Shown here: in pieces, positions 34,584-42,723 of the stretch
Numbering within the stretch: position 1 is the first letter of the stretch
Layout: the number at the start of each line of letters is the position of its first letter
DNA from: Candidatus Moraniibacteriota bacterium
GTDB taxonomy: Bacteria > Patescibacteriota > Minisyncoccia > Moranbacterales > UBA1568
Assembly (NCBI GenBank): GCA_903893925.1
Contig: CAITOC010000010.1
Span: 1-59,473, forward strand
Length of the DNA: 59,473 nucleotides
Direction: 5' to 3'
Made by a program: the position numbers and the translations under genes
The notes under the pieces: model-generated
Told to the model about the DNA's origin: nothing
The model's database searches: none
The model's input: only the letters and a program-made list of their open reading frames with translations

Positions 34584-34643
34584 ATTTTTGTCTTCGATCG
34601 TCATCGACAGATGAAACTTTTTTGCTTGATCGATCCTGTACGC

Positions 34644-34679
34644 AAGGAGTTCGACTCCCTCTTGGGAGTCGAACTCCTT
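34644..34679. repeat. 16-bp-stem palindrome AAGGAGTTCGACTCCC tctt GGGAGTCGAACTCCTT
   Basis: Same arms as 16090-16123. It lies between two pilin genes. Confidence 0.6.
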
Positions 34680-34810
34680 ATAGGTGGTATACGGCAAACC
34701 AAATTATTTTAGCATGGGAGCGATCTTCCCATTCATCATACCGCACGGACAAAAAAAGACAACCCCGCTCATGCGGAGTCGCCCTCTTTTCTTGTTGTTG
34801 CCGACCGGAA

Positions 34811-35212
34811 TCAGTAACTGGTAGTGGCGGTGTTGGCTCCGAGGAGTCCGACCACCGTGTTGATGACCACATACCCGACAAGCGCCACGACGACAGCGAT
34901 GATGGCATACGTCATCATCGTCTTCGCCTTCTCGGTCTTTCCCTCGTCGCCGGCGGCGGTAAGATAGAGGATGCCCGCTATGACGAAAGAAATGATCGCA
35001 CCGATGCCGAGGATTCCCAGCACCCAGTTCATGACGGTAGTCAGGATCTGGCCGATGGAATTCTGAGTCATCCCACTGGAACTTGCCACGGAACTATATG
35101 AACTTCCGGTTCCGGGAACTGTTCCGAATCCATTTGTTTGTGCAAAAACCGATACCGGCGCCGCGAGTGTCGCGACGAGAACGCCATATCCGATTTGTTT
35201 CATTGATTTCAT
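34811..35212 (-). CDS. T4SS-type (TrbC/VirB2-like) pilin
   Basis: ORF trimmed to ATG 35212, preceded by AGGAGGTGA. Signal MKSMKQIGYGVLVATLAAPVSVFA. Core VMNWVLGILGIGAIISFVIAGILYLTAAGDEGKTEKAK. Ends ...NTATTSY. Confidence 0.7.
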   Translation of the reverse strand: MKSMKQIGYGVLVATLAAPVSVFAQTNGFGTVPGTGSSYSSVASSSGMTQNSIGQILTTVMNWVLGILGIGAIISFVIAGILYLTAAGDEGKTEKAKTMMTYAIIAVVVALVGYVVINTVVGLLGANTATTSY

Positions 35213-35255
35213 GCGTTCACCTCCTTTCCGTTTTGTGATTGTTTCGACGCGTTCA

Positions 35256-35540
35256 TCATACCATATCCGCAAGGGTCCGAACAATGATGAGCGCCGTAGC
35301 GACTACCGCCACGCCGATGACCGAATAGATCATAGCCTGCTTCGCCTGTTTCATGGCCGACTCGTTTCCTTGGGACGCAATGTAGAGAAACCCGGACACC
35401 GCGAATGAAAGCATCCCGACCACCCCGACTGCACCAAGGATGAATCCGAGTATGTTCGAGATGATCGTCGAGATCGGGACCGCGTCCTCGATCACGCCGG
35501 CGGCATGAACGACGGTCACGAACGAGAGAAATGCATGCAT
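35256..35540 (-). CDS. Short T4SS-type pilin paralogue
   Basis: 94 aa. ISNILGFILGAVGVVGMLSFAVSGFLYIASQGNESAMKQAK followed by a second helix. Confidence 0.65.
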   Translation of the reverse strand: MHAFLSFVTVVHAAGVIEDAVPISTIISNILGFILGAVGVVGMLSFAVSGFLYIASQGNESAMKQAKQAMIYSVIGVAVVATALIIVRTLADMV

Positions 35541-35546
35541 ACTTTT

Positions 35547-36968
35547 TTAGTTTCCGGCAGCCTTTTTCTGAAGCGGTACGATCTGGTTCGCCGCCAGGGA
35601 AAGTGCCTGTTCGACGGTCGTTCCTCCACGATTGACCGACTCGATCATATCCGCAAGAATGCTTTCCATGGTTTCCGTATCCCCCACGCGCCAATCTTTG
35701 GCAATCAGGTTCCCGAGAGCGAACGGCGAAAGCCACGGGTCGGCTTTCTGCGCCTCGATAAGATCGCGACGGGCAGCTGGCTGTCGGGCTTTGTCGAGAA
35801 ATGTCTTCGTAGGGTCACTTGCGAGCGTCTTCTCGGCGGTGGATGTCGTGGCAAGCGCATTCCGAACCGTCATCTTGTTCCCAAGATGCGGAAACGCGAG
35901 GTAATGCAGGAACTGCCAGGATTCATGTACGCGGACACTGTCATACGAGTCCGTCGAAAGACCGGATTTCTTCCCGCCGGTATCCGGCTCGTTCTTATGC
36001 TTCGCCACGACCAGCACCCAGTAATTCGCATAATTCGACGGCGTAGCGCCGGAAAGCTGAGGGAGCGGTGCCACTCCGAAGTTGAGTTTGGCGTTTTTCT
36101 TCTTGATCGCATCGATCTGCCACGAATAGTTGGCCATCATCGCAAGATTCCCTTCGGAAAACGCATCGACGGAATAGTGTTGGTTCGCATTCCAGGAATA
36201 CTGGCTACTCCCGAGCTTGGCAAATTCCTCATAATAGGCAAGGGCCTTCTGCAAAGGTGTCGCGGTCAGATTCGCCTCATCGGAAAAGCCGTTGACCGAA
36301 GTCGTCATTCCATATTGGGTCGCGAGCGCGAGCAGAATGTCCGTCGACCGATTGATATTTTTTGCCGTTCCGAGCGAGATAGCCGACTGGCGTATGTTTC
36401 CGCTTCCATCGATGGAGTCGAGTCGCTTCGCATCGGCGACGACCTCATCCCATGTCGATGGCGGTGATGCGATACCGGCCGCATTGAACAAATCCTTGTT
36501 GTAGTAGAGTCCGAGCGAATCGACCGACATCGGGACGCCATAGACTTTCCCGCCGACGATAAAATCATTCGCCACCACATCGACGAACGCATCACGAAAT
36601 TCCTTCTCGGAAATCTCGTATGCAGGCGCCGGAGCGATGAGATTTTTGAACAGCGGAAGCCAGGAACTCCTGATAAGGAATACGTCCGGGCCATTTCCTT
36701 CGGCAAATGCCGTGAGCAAGTCAGCCCGATACGTCTCGGCCGTCATCTTCCGATACGATACGTTTCCGACATGAGCCGATCCGATCTTCTGCTGATAGTC
36801 GTTCATGATCGGCTGGTACGAATCGGAATCGTCGAGGCTTCCCCACACTTCCAGATTGACCTTATAGGAAGGCGGGGCGACGACCGTCCCACATCCGGAA
36901 AGAAAGAGGGCCGAAGCGAGAATCGGGAATGCGGAAACGATGCGAAGGACCGTTATGGATTTTTTCAT
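35547..36968 (-). CDS. ABC-transporter-type extracellular solute-binding lipoprotein (family 1, sugar type), no cognate permease or ATPase nearby
   Basis: Lipobox LFLSGCG. GPDVFLI, YGVPMSVDSLGLYYNKDLF, STWDEV. Its stop is 6 nt from the start of the next pilin gene. Confidence 0.8.
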   Translation of the reverse strand: MKKSITVLRIVSAFPILASALFLSGCGTVVAPPSYKVNLEVWGSLDDSDSYQPIMNDYQQKIGSAHVGNVSYRKMTAETYRADLLTAFAEGNGPDVFLIRSSWLPLFKNLIAPAPAYEISEKEFRDAFVDVVANDFIVGGKVYGVPMSVDSLGLYYNKDLFNAAGIASPPSTWDEVVADAKRLDSIDGSGNIRQSAISLGTAKNINRSTDILLALATQYGMTTSVNGFSDEANLTATPLQKALAYYEEFAKLGSSQYSWNANQHYSVDAFSEGNLAMMANYSWQIDAIKKKNAKLNFGVAPLPQLSGATPSNYANYWVLVVAKHKNEPDTGGKKSGLSTDSYDSVRVHESWQFLHYLAFPHLGNKMTVRNALATTSTAEKTLASDPTKTFLDKARQPAARRDLIEAQKADPWLSPFALGNLIAKDWRVGDTETMESILADMIESVNRGGTTVEQALSLAANQIVPLQKKAAGN

Positions 36969-36971
36969 AGG

Positions 36972-37514
36972 TCATTTGGTCACGAGAAACGCATAGTGAA
37001 ACGCTCCGACGGGCAACTCGCGCGTCTCGGAAAATCCCGCTGCAGCGAGCAATGCGCGAAGTTCGTCCTGAGAAACGCGAGAGTCCTCGTCGGGACCGAT
37101 ATTTCCGATCGAGACCGGCCCCCATTCCATAATGATCGCATGTCCGCCGGGACGGATAATCCGTGCGATCTCACGAATCATGATGTCGCGTTTCTCGTTT
37201 TGGAACAGGACGTCTTTCGCGATTACCCAATCGACACTCGCCGGAGCGAGACCGGATCCGTTCGCCTTCTCGAGATTCGCCCGCTTCGTCACGATATTAC
37301 GGATTCCTTCCGTCTTGATCCTACTCTGTATGGCTTCCAAAGCCGATGGCAGGACATCGATCGCGATCACCTTGCCCTCGTCGCCCATCACCTTGGCGAA
37401 TTCGATGGAAAAATATCCGGCACCGCAGCCGAAATCGACCACCACACCATTTGGTTTTTCCGGTAGGGAACGGATGACCTCTTTCGGATCGACAAATGCC
37501 TTGGACTGGATCAT
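36972..37514 (-). CDS. Class I SAM-dependent methyltransferase
   Basis: ORF trimmed to ATG 37514. VVDFGCGAGYFS (motif I), VIAIDV, IIRPGGHAII. Its stop is 3 nt from the SBP start. Confidence 0.8.
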   Translation of the reverse strand: MIQSKAFVDPKEVIRSLPEKPNGVVVDFGCGAGYFSIEFAKVMGDEGKVIAIDVLPSALEAIQSRIKTEGIRNIVTKRANLEKANGSGLAPASVDWVIAKDVLFQNEKRDIMIREIARIIRPGGHAIIMEWGPVSIGNIGPDEDSRVSQDELRALLAAAGFSETRELPVGAFHYAFLVTK

Positions 37515-37767
37515 AGAGTTTGGTTTCGATATTTCGGAAGACGCATCCGTCCCGCAAGCCGCTCCGACACTTCCATGACCGGATAGTGGACACGTTCTCT
37601 CAAATATAGTACAACAAATAAAGGCGAAATGAAAGGGAGAACGCTTCTCCAACTTCGTAAAGCCGCAAGAGCTTCGCTGAGTTTCAATGGTCTTCTCAGC
37701 TTCCTTGAGAAAAGGGTTGAAAAGGGAGAAATGGGATTCCAAGCAAAAGGGAAAGGGCTCCCGTTTT

Positions 37768-37874
37768 CTGTTGACTGTTCGTTATCGGTTGTTAGTTGTT
37801 AGTTGTGCATTGTTAGTGGTTAGTTATCAGTTGTTAGTTGTTAGTTGTTAGTTGTTAGTTGTCAGTTGTCAGTC
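37768..37874 (+). repeat. Degenerate heptanucleotide tandem array (GTTAGTT / GTCAGTT units, about 13 units)
   Basis: ...gttagttgttagttgtgcattgttagtggttagttatcagttgttagttgttagttgttagttgttagttgtcagttgtcagtc, ending 8 nt before tRNA-Ser. Confidence 0.8.
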
Positions 37875-37882
37875 AAAATATT

Positions 37883-37969
37883 GGAAAGGTGACCGAGTGG
37901 TTGAAGGTACCGCTCTCGAAAAGCGGCAGGCCTGCAAGGGCCTCGAGGGTTCGAATCCCTCCCTTTCCT
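37883..37969 (+). tRNA. tRNA-Ser(CGA)
   Basis: GGAAAGGTGACCGAGTGGTTGAAGGTACCGCTCTCGAAAAGCGGCAGGCCTGCAAGGGCCTCGAGGGTTCGAATCCCTCCCTTTCCT. It has a long variable arm and anticodon loop CTCGAAA. Confidence 0.9.
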
Positions 37970-38072
37970 CAAGTGAACATCATGAACGCGGGAAAGGAGA
38001 AAGCGAACTGCTTCGCTTTCGGGAGGGATGAGAAGGGATTTTTCTTGAAAGGAAAATCCCCGGCCCGAAGGG

Positions 38073-38092
38073 GAATCCCTCCCTTTCCTCAA
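38073..38092 (+). repeat. Exact 20-nt copy of the tRNA-Ser 3' end (T-loop half to +3)
   Basis: gaatccctccctttcctcaa matches 37953-37972. A degenerate third copy lies at 38214-38229. Inverted partners lie at 38021-38029 and 38150-38158. Confidence 0.8.
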
Positions 38093-38232
38093 AAGCGAAT
38101 GACCGTCCCGATCATATTGGGGCGGTTATTCGTTTCTTGTGAGATGGAAGAGGGATTCGAAGGGCAAAGAAAACGTGAACGGTTTCACGTTTCCGGAACC
38201 CCGGCCCGCAGGGGAATCTCTCTCCTCAATAA

Positions 38233-38506
38233 ATAAAAAATGGGATTGCGCGTTGCATCGCAATCCCATACCAACTTACAGACCTCAATCTCCCGCCGGA
38301 TTTTCGTGGTTTTTCGGCTGGATTCCGTCTACGAAAATTCCGCCTTCAATCATGCGGGGTGCTATTTAAAGGACGACTCCATCTCGCCCGGAGACAAGAC
38401 TTCTCAGTCTCGCACCTATCCTCTGCACGCATAACCTAGCGTTCGACCGCCGAAAGGGTTTCGAACCCCTTCTGCCCTCAAACCCAGAACGTTGTTATCA
38501 GTCTGC
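38233..38506 (-). ncRNA. Candidate ~270-nt small RNA of unknown class
   Basis: Minus-strand promoter-like TTGACA-17 nt-AATAGT (38513-38541). Strong minus-strand terminator (hairpin 38241-38268 plus T6). Internal hairpins are present (for example CGGAATTTTCGT..ACGAAAATCCG). There is no ORF of 60 aa or more on that strand. Confidence 0.3.
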
Positions 38507-38571
38507 AAAACAACTATTGCAACTCCTAAAACGCATGTCAATATTCCCGACTTCCCAACACGTCGTTTTCA

Positions 38572-38580
38572 TGCTATACT
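38572..38580 (+). promoter_or_regulatory. Extended -10 box TGCTATACT
   Basis: It lies 50 nt upstream of ATG 38631. It sits inside the longer ORF-track call, which supports the trimmed SDR start. Confidence 0.45.
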
Positions 38581-38630
38581 GTACTTGTAAACGGCTACAT
38601 AAAGCCAAAATAAACCGTAAGACAGAAACT

Positions 38631-39428
38631 ATGTCGCAGAAAAAGATAGGAGAGCTGTTCGATTTCACGGGCAAGACCGTCGTGGTGACCGGTGGCGCCA
38701 ACGGTATCGGGTACGGCATCGCGAAACGGTTCGCCGAAGCGGGCGCGAACGTGGTCATCTCGGATATCAACAAGGAAGCAGGCGAAGCCAAAGCCGAATC
38801 CCTCGGCACGGAATTCGGAGGTAAGGCCCTCTTCGTGAAAACCGATGTCTCATCGGAAGAAGACGTGAAAACGCTCGTCGCCAAGACACGCGAAGCATTC
38901 GGAAGTCTCGATATCATGATCAACAATGCGGGCATCTTTCCGACCTCGACGGTCCTGTCGATGGAAGTCGGTTTCTGGGACAAGGTGCAGGCGGTGAACG
39001 GCCGCGGGGTATTCCTCGGTTGTCGCGAGGCCGCCAAGGCGATGATCGAACAGGGTTCCGGCACGATCATCAACATCGCGTCGATCGATGCCTTGCATCC
39101 GAGCATGGTGGGACTCGCGGCCTATGACAATTCCAAGCACGGCGTCTGGGGTTTCACCAAGAACCTCGCGCTCGAGCTCGCCCCGCACAAGATCCGCGTG
39201 AATGCGATCGCTCCCGGGGGCGTGTCGACCGAAGGTGTTGCGGCCATGAGTGAGGGCGGCGCGACCGTGTCGGACGAACAGATGAAGGCGTTCCTCAACG
39301 CTATCCCGATGGGACGCTATGCCGAGCCCGACGAGATGGCGACCGTCGCCCTCTTCCTCGCGAGCGATGCGGCCAGCTACCTGACCGGATCCATCATCGT
39401 CGCCGACGGCGGATCTCTCATCGCGTAA
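38631..39428 (+). CDS. SDR family oxidoreductase (FabG / glucose-1-dehydrogenase-like)
   Basis: VVVTGGANGIGYG (TGxxxGIG), NNAG, YDNSK (YxxxK), 265 aa. Confidence 0.85.
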   Translation: MSQKKIGELFDFTGKTVVVTGGANGIGYGIAKRFAEAGANVVISDINKEAGEAKAESLGTEFGGKALFVKTDVSSEEDVKTLVAKTREAFGSLDIMINNAGIFPTSTVLSMEVGFWDKVQAVNGRGVFLGCREAAKAMIEQGSGTIINIASIDALHPSMVGLAAYDNSKHGVWGFTKNLALELAPHKIRVNAIAPGGVSTEGVAAMSEGGATVSDEQMKAFLNAIPMGRYAEPDEMATVALFLASDAASYLTGSIIVADGGSLIA

Positions 39429-39447
39429 GGTCAGAGCATCGGTATGC

Positions 39448-39485
39448 AAAACCACCCCGTGCCATACGGCACAGGGGTGGTTTTT
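39448..39485 (+). terminator. Rho-independent terminator after the SDR gene
   Basis: AAAACCACCCCGTGCC atac GGCACAGGGGTGGTTTTT. Confidence 0.65.
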
Positions 39486-39567
39486 GATTTCCATTCGAAA
39501 CCGCGTATCTTCACGGAGGGGTTCAATGCCAGGGTTAAGACATTGTTCCATGCGATGGAATAGGTTG

Positions 39568-39600
39568 AAGAAAAAGCGGGACACACAACGTGCTCCCGCT
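39568..39600 (-). terminator. Rho-independent terminator after the SulP gene
   Basis: On the minus strand: AGCGGGA..TCCCGCT followed by TTTTTC. Confidence 0.5.
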
Positions 39601-39661
39601 TTCTTCGTATACAAGATTCCCCACTCTGACCCTCTCCAAGAGAGCAAAGGGGCACTGAATG

Positions 39662-41293
39662 TTACGGTTTCTCCTTCGGCTCGATGCCGAGGAATTTGAG
39701 CGCATCCTCGGTCTTGGGAAATATCAGACCGTCCTTTTCGAGCCGGTCATATCCCTTGATACCGGTCTTGAGCGTTTCTAATACGTTCGGATCGATGCTC
39801 GAAAGGATCACCTTCTGCCCGCGTAACTCGATGACGGAGATGATCTCATTGAGTGTCTCGACGCCGTCGAGGTCGATGAAGAACACCTCGCGCAGGCGCA
39901 GGATGATGTACTTGTACTGCGTCAGACCCGACTCGAACCGGCTGATATGCGCCCGGCTGTTGAAGTACACGAGTCGTCCGCGGAAAGAATAGAGCAAGAC
40001 GTCGTGGCTCTCTTCGATTTCTTTTCCTTTCCCATCCTTGGAGCCGTCCGTATCACCGGTATCCGATCGGTTTGCCCGCATGTCGAAGCTGCCGTGTGTC
40101 ATCTTGTCGATGGAGACCAGGAGTGAGAGCACGACGCCGAGCAATATGCCGGTGATCGGATCCTCGACGACCGTGACGATCGCGACGACCATCGAGATCC
40201 AGAAGATGGTCTTGTCGAAACGGTAGAAGCGGAAGAAGTGCTCCGTCTCGACCATCTGGACCGCGACGAAGACCAGGATAGCGGCGATGACCGTCATCGG
40301 GATGAACTGGAAATACCGCAGAAGGAACAGCGAGATGATCGCGACGGCTACAGAGTTGATGATCGCGGATGTCTTGTGATCCGCGCCGGTTTTGACATTG
40401 AGCGATGTACGCGCCAAGGCAGCGGTCGCCGGCATCCCGCCGAAGAGACCTGAAATGACGTTCGCAAGACCGAGACCGAGCATCTCTTTGCGTTCGTCGT
40501 GTTTCGTCTTGGTCATGCCGTCGGCGATCTTGGCGGAGAGCATCGTCTCGAGAATCGCGATAAGAGCGATGACCAGGGACGCTTTCAGAAGCGCCGCCGA
40601 GTAGAAAAAGTGCGGCATCGTGAACAATTGGAAGTTCATATCTCCGTACTTCATACCGAGCGTCTCGAGCGATATCGGTATGGAATGTGCCTGACTGAGA
40701 TAGCCGAGCGCGATACCGATCGGCGCGAGGAAGATGGCGCCCGGAAGTTTCGGTACGAATTTCTTGAAGGCGATGAGTCCGGCAAGGAAGACGAGGAAAA
40801 TCGCAAAGGCCGGAAAGGAGATGTCGGGGATGTGACGGAACGACTCGAGCAGGTTCTCGGAGAACTTCTCATGGCTCGGGAGTCCGTGGAGACCGAGCGC
40901 GAAATTGAACTCATTGAGTCCGATGATAAACGCGACCCCGAGCGTGAACCCATGGATGACGCTCGACGGGACCAAGATAAGATAGCGCTCCAACCGGAGA
41001 AAATACGCTGCAAGGATAACGATGCCCGCGACGATGGCCAACATCGGCACGCTCCCGATCCCTTGCGCGAAGACGAAGGTCGCAATGATGCCGGAAAGTG
41101 CCCCGGTCGGCCCGACGATATTGAAATTGCTCCCGCCGAAGGCGGCTGCTACGAGTCCCGCCCAAATAGCGGTCACGATACCGATGAGCGGCGTGACGCC
41201 GGACGCCACCGCGAGCGACACGGACAGCGGTATCGATATGAGCGACACCGTCAGACCCGACTTGAGGTTCCGTTTGATATTCTCGGTAAGCAT
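39662..41293 (-). CDS. SulP family inorganic anion transporter with C-terminal STAS domain
   Basis: Polytopic N-terminal region (GLFGGMPATAALARTS), then a STAS-like tail (YIILRLREVFFIDLDGVETL). Start is ATG 41293 or GTG 41326. Confidence 0.85.
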   Translation of the reverse strand: MLTENIKRNLKSGLTVSLISIPLSVSLAVASGVTPLIGIVTAIWAGLVAAAFGGSNFNIVGPTGALSGIIATFVFAQGIGSVPMLAIVAGIVILAAYFLRLERYLILVPSSVIHGFTLGVAFIIGLNEFNFALGLHGLPSHEKFSENLLESFRHIPDISFPAFAIFLVFLAGLIAFKKFVPKLPGAIFLAPIGIALGYLSQAHSIPISLETLGMKYGDMNFQLFTMPHFFYSAALLKASLVIALIAILETMLSAKIADGMTKTKHDERKEMLGLGLANVISGLFGGMPATAALARTSLNVKTGADHKTSAIINSVAVAIISLFLLRYFQFIPMTVIAAILVFVAVQMVETEHFFRFYRFDKTIFWISMVVAIVTVVEDPITGILLGVVLSLLVSIDKMTHGSFDMRANRSDTGDTDGSKDGKGKEIEESHDVLLYSFRGRLVYFNSRAHISRFESGLTQYKYIILRLREVFFIDLDGVETLNEIISVIELRGQKVILSSIDPNVLETLKTGIKGYDRLEKDGLIFPKTEDALKFLGIEPKEKP

Positions 41294-41608
41294 ACTATTC
41301 TTATGATTGGCGTACCATATTGGCACTACGAATAAACGAGGCGATAACGGGACAAAACAAAAAGACCTCCCGACGCCGGAGTCCTTCGCGAGAAGATTGC
41401 CGGTCCCGAACGGTCTTTATCCTTCAAACAACTCTGCTTTCTTTTTTCCCGTACTTGGGAAACGGAAGTCGATGCGCTCTAGGATAACACATGTTCAAAA
41501 GAGGGTAAAGCACCTCAAGTAATTGCTTGACAACAAAATCGCGCGGGAGTAAAAAGGCAGAAGTTGCCCATGCACCGTTCATTACAAAAAAACAAAAACC
41601 GGAAGACC

Positions 41609-42025
41609 ATGACCCCATCCCAAACATCAGAGCATCCGTGCATCGCTTCGATAAATTTCGGACGATGGAGCGATCGTATACGGTACGGAGACCCGGACGC
41701 ACTCTCCCACTTGTATGCCGACGAAGCGACCTTTCACCCCACTCTGTCGGACCAATTCGCACAGGGACGAAAAGAGATCGCGGAATATTTCTCGTACTTC
41801 CTGGAACTGCGACCGGTCGCATCACTCGTCGAGAGTAAAATCAAGCTCCTGGCAAACAAGACACTGTGTCTCCATTCGGGAATCTACCGATTTGATTTCA
41901 ATCCCTCCAAGGAAACCTCGCACTACGTAAAAGCCAGGTTCTCATTCCTCTGGGAATATCATGACGGCGATTGGCTCATCACGCACCACCACTCCTCCGC
42001 GACTCCGATGCTGTCAAAGTCTTAA
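41609..42025 (+). CDS. NTF2-like (SnoaL/DUF4440-type) small protein
   Basis: ORF trimmed to ATG 41609. ..YADEATFHPTLS...GRKEIAEYF.....RFSFLWEYHDGDWLITHHHSS fits the NTF2-like pattern. TTGACA-17 nt-TAAAAA lies at 41527-41555. Confidence 0.55.
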   Translation: MTPSQTSEHPCIASINFGRWSDRIRYGDPDALSHLYADEATFHPTLSDQFAQGRKEIAEYFSYFLELRPVASLVESKIKLLANKTLCLHSGIYRFDFNPSKETSHYVKARFSFLWEYHDGDWLITHHHSSATPMLSKS

Positions 42026-42165
42026 GATTTTCGGGTTTCCAAAGATAAGGGCCTCTGCACGAAAGCGGGGGTTCTTTTTTAAATGCAGTATAAATAATCA
42101 CTTCCCCTCTTTTTCCTTTACATAGCGGGGTTTCCGTGATAAGCTAGGGTTGTTTCATTCCCTTT

Positions 42166-42699
42166 ATGGAAGGATTGTTTTCATCATCGTACGCGATGTG
42201 GCTCACGCTCGTCGCCCTCGGTCTCGGATTGTTCGGTTTCCTCTCGGCTATCGTGCTCTTTTTTCGCTTTCAAAAGCTTAAAAAGGGCCTTTCCGGGATT
42301 CTTGAAGGGAAATCCGGCGCTGATCTCGAAGATATCATCCTGAAACAGAAGGAAGGGCTCGATACGGCAGATGAGGAAATCCGAAAACTCTATGGGATTG
42401 CCGAGCAGCTGTATCGGCTCGGACAGGAGAGCATTCACAAAACCGAGTTATTGCGGTTCAATCCGTTCAAGGAAACCGGCGGGAACCAGAGTTTCGCCAT
42501 CGCCCTTTTGAATGGAAAGAACACCGGATTCGTCATTTCGTCGATTCATACCCGCGAAGGGACCCGCGTCTATGCCAAACCGGTCGAGAACGGTGCCGAA
42601 GTGAAAGAATATCCGCTTTCGGAGGAAGAAAAGCGAGCTATCGGTCTGGCTATACGGAAACAGTCCGCTGCATTCACCAAAAAAACGACGGGAAACTGA
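42166..42699 (+). CDS. DUF4446 family protein
   Basis: N-terminal TM helix, then LLRFNPFKETGGNQSFAIALLNGKNTGFVISSIHTREGTRVYAKPV, the DUF4446 core as I recall it. Confidence 0.6.
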   Translation: MEGLFSSSYAMWLTLVALGLGLFGFLSAIVLFFRFQKLKKGLSGILEGKSGADLEDIILKQKEGLDTADEEIRKLYGIAEQLYRLGQESIHKTELLRFNPFKETGGNQSFAIALLNGKNTGFVISSIHTREGTRVYAKPVENGAEVKEYPLSEEEKRAIGLAIRKQSAAFTKKTTGN

Positions 42700-42723
42700 C
42701 CGAATCATACTTAAAACAGCATC

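Noticed and set aside
37768-37874. The heptamer array as a CRISPR array, a telomere-like end or coding low-complexity sequence
   Set aside because: The units are 7 nt with no spacers. The array is internal to the contig, and the overlapping ORFs (for example 37859..38236) run through a tRNA. It is a simple tandem repeat.
38233-38506. Identification of the candidate sRNA as tmRNA, RNase P RNA, SRP RNA or 6S RNA
   Set aside because: None of the hallmarks were found. There is no GGGG..5'/T-arm-ACCA 3' pairing or tag ORF (tmRNA). There is no GAGGAAAGTCCGGGC or ACAGAACCCGGCTTA (RNase P). There is no GGAAGCAGC-type helix 8 motif (SRP). The ends do not pair into a long 6S-like rod. It is kept only as an unclassified candidate.
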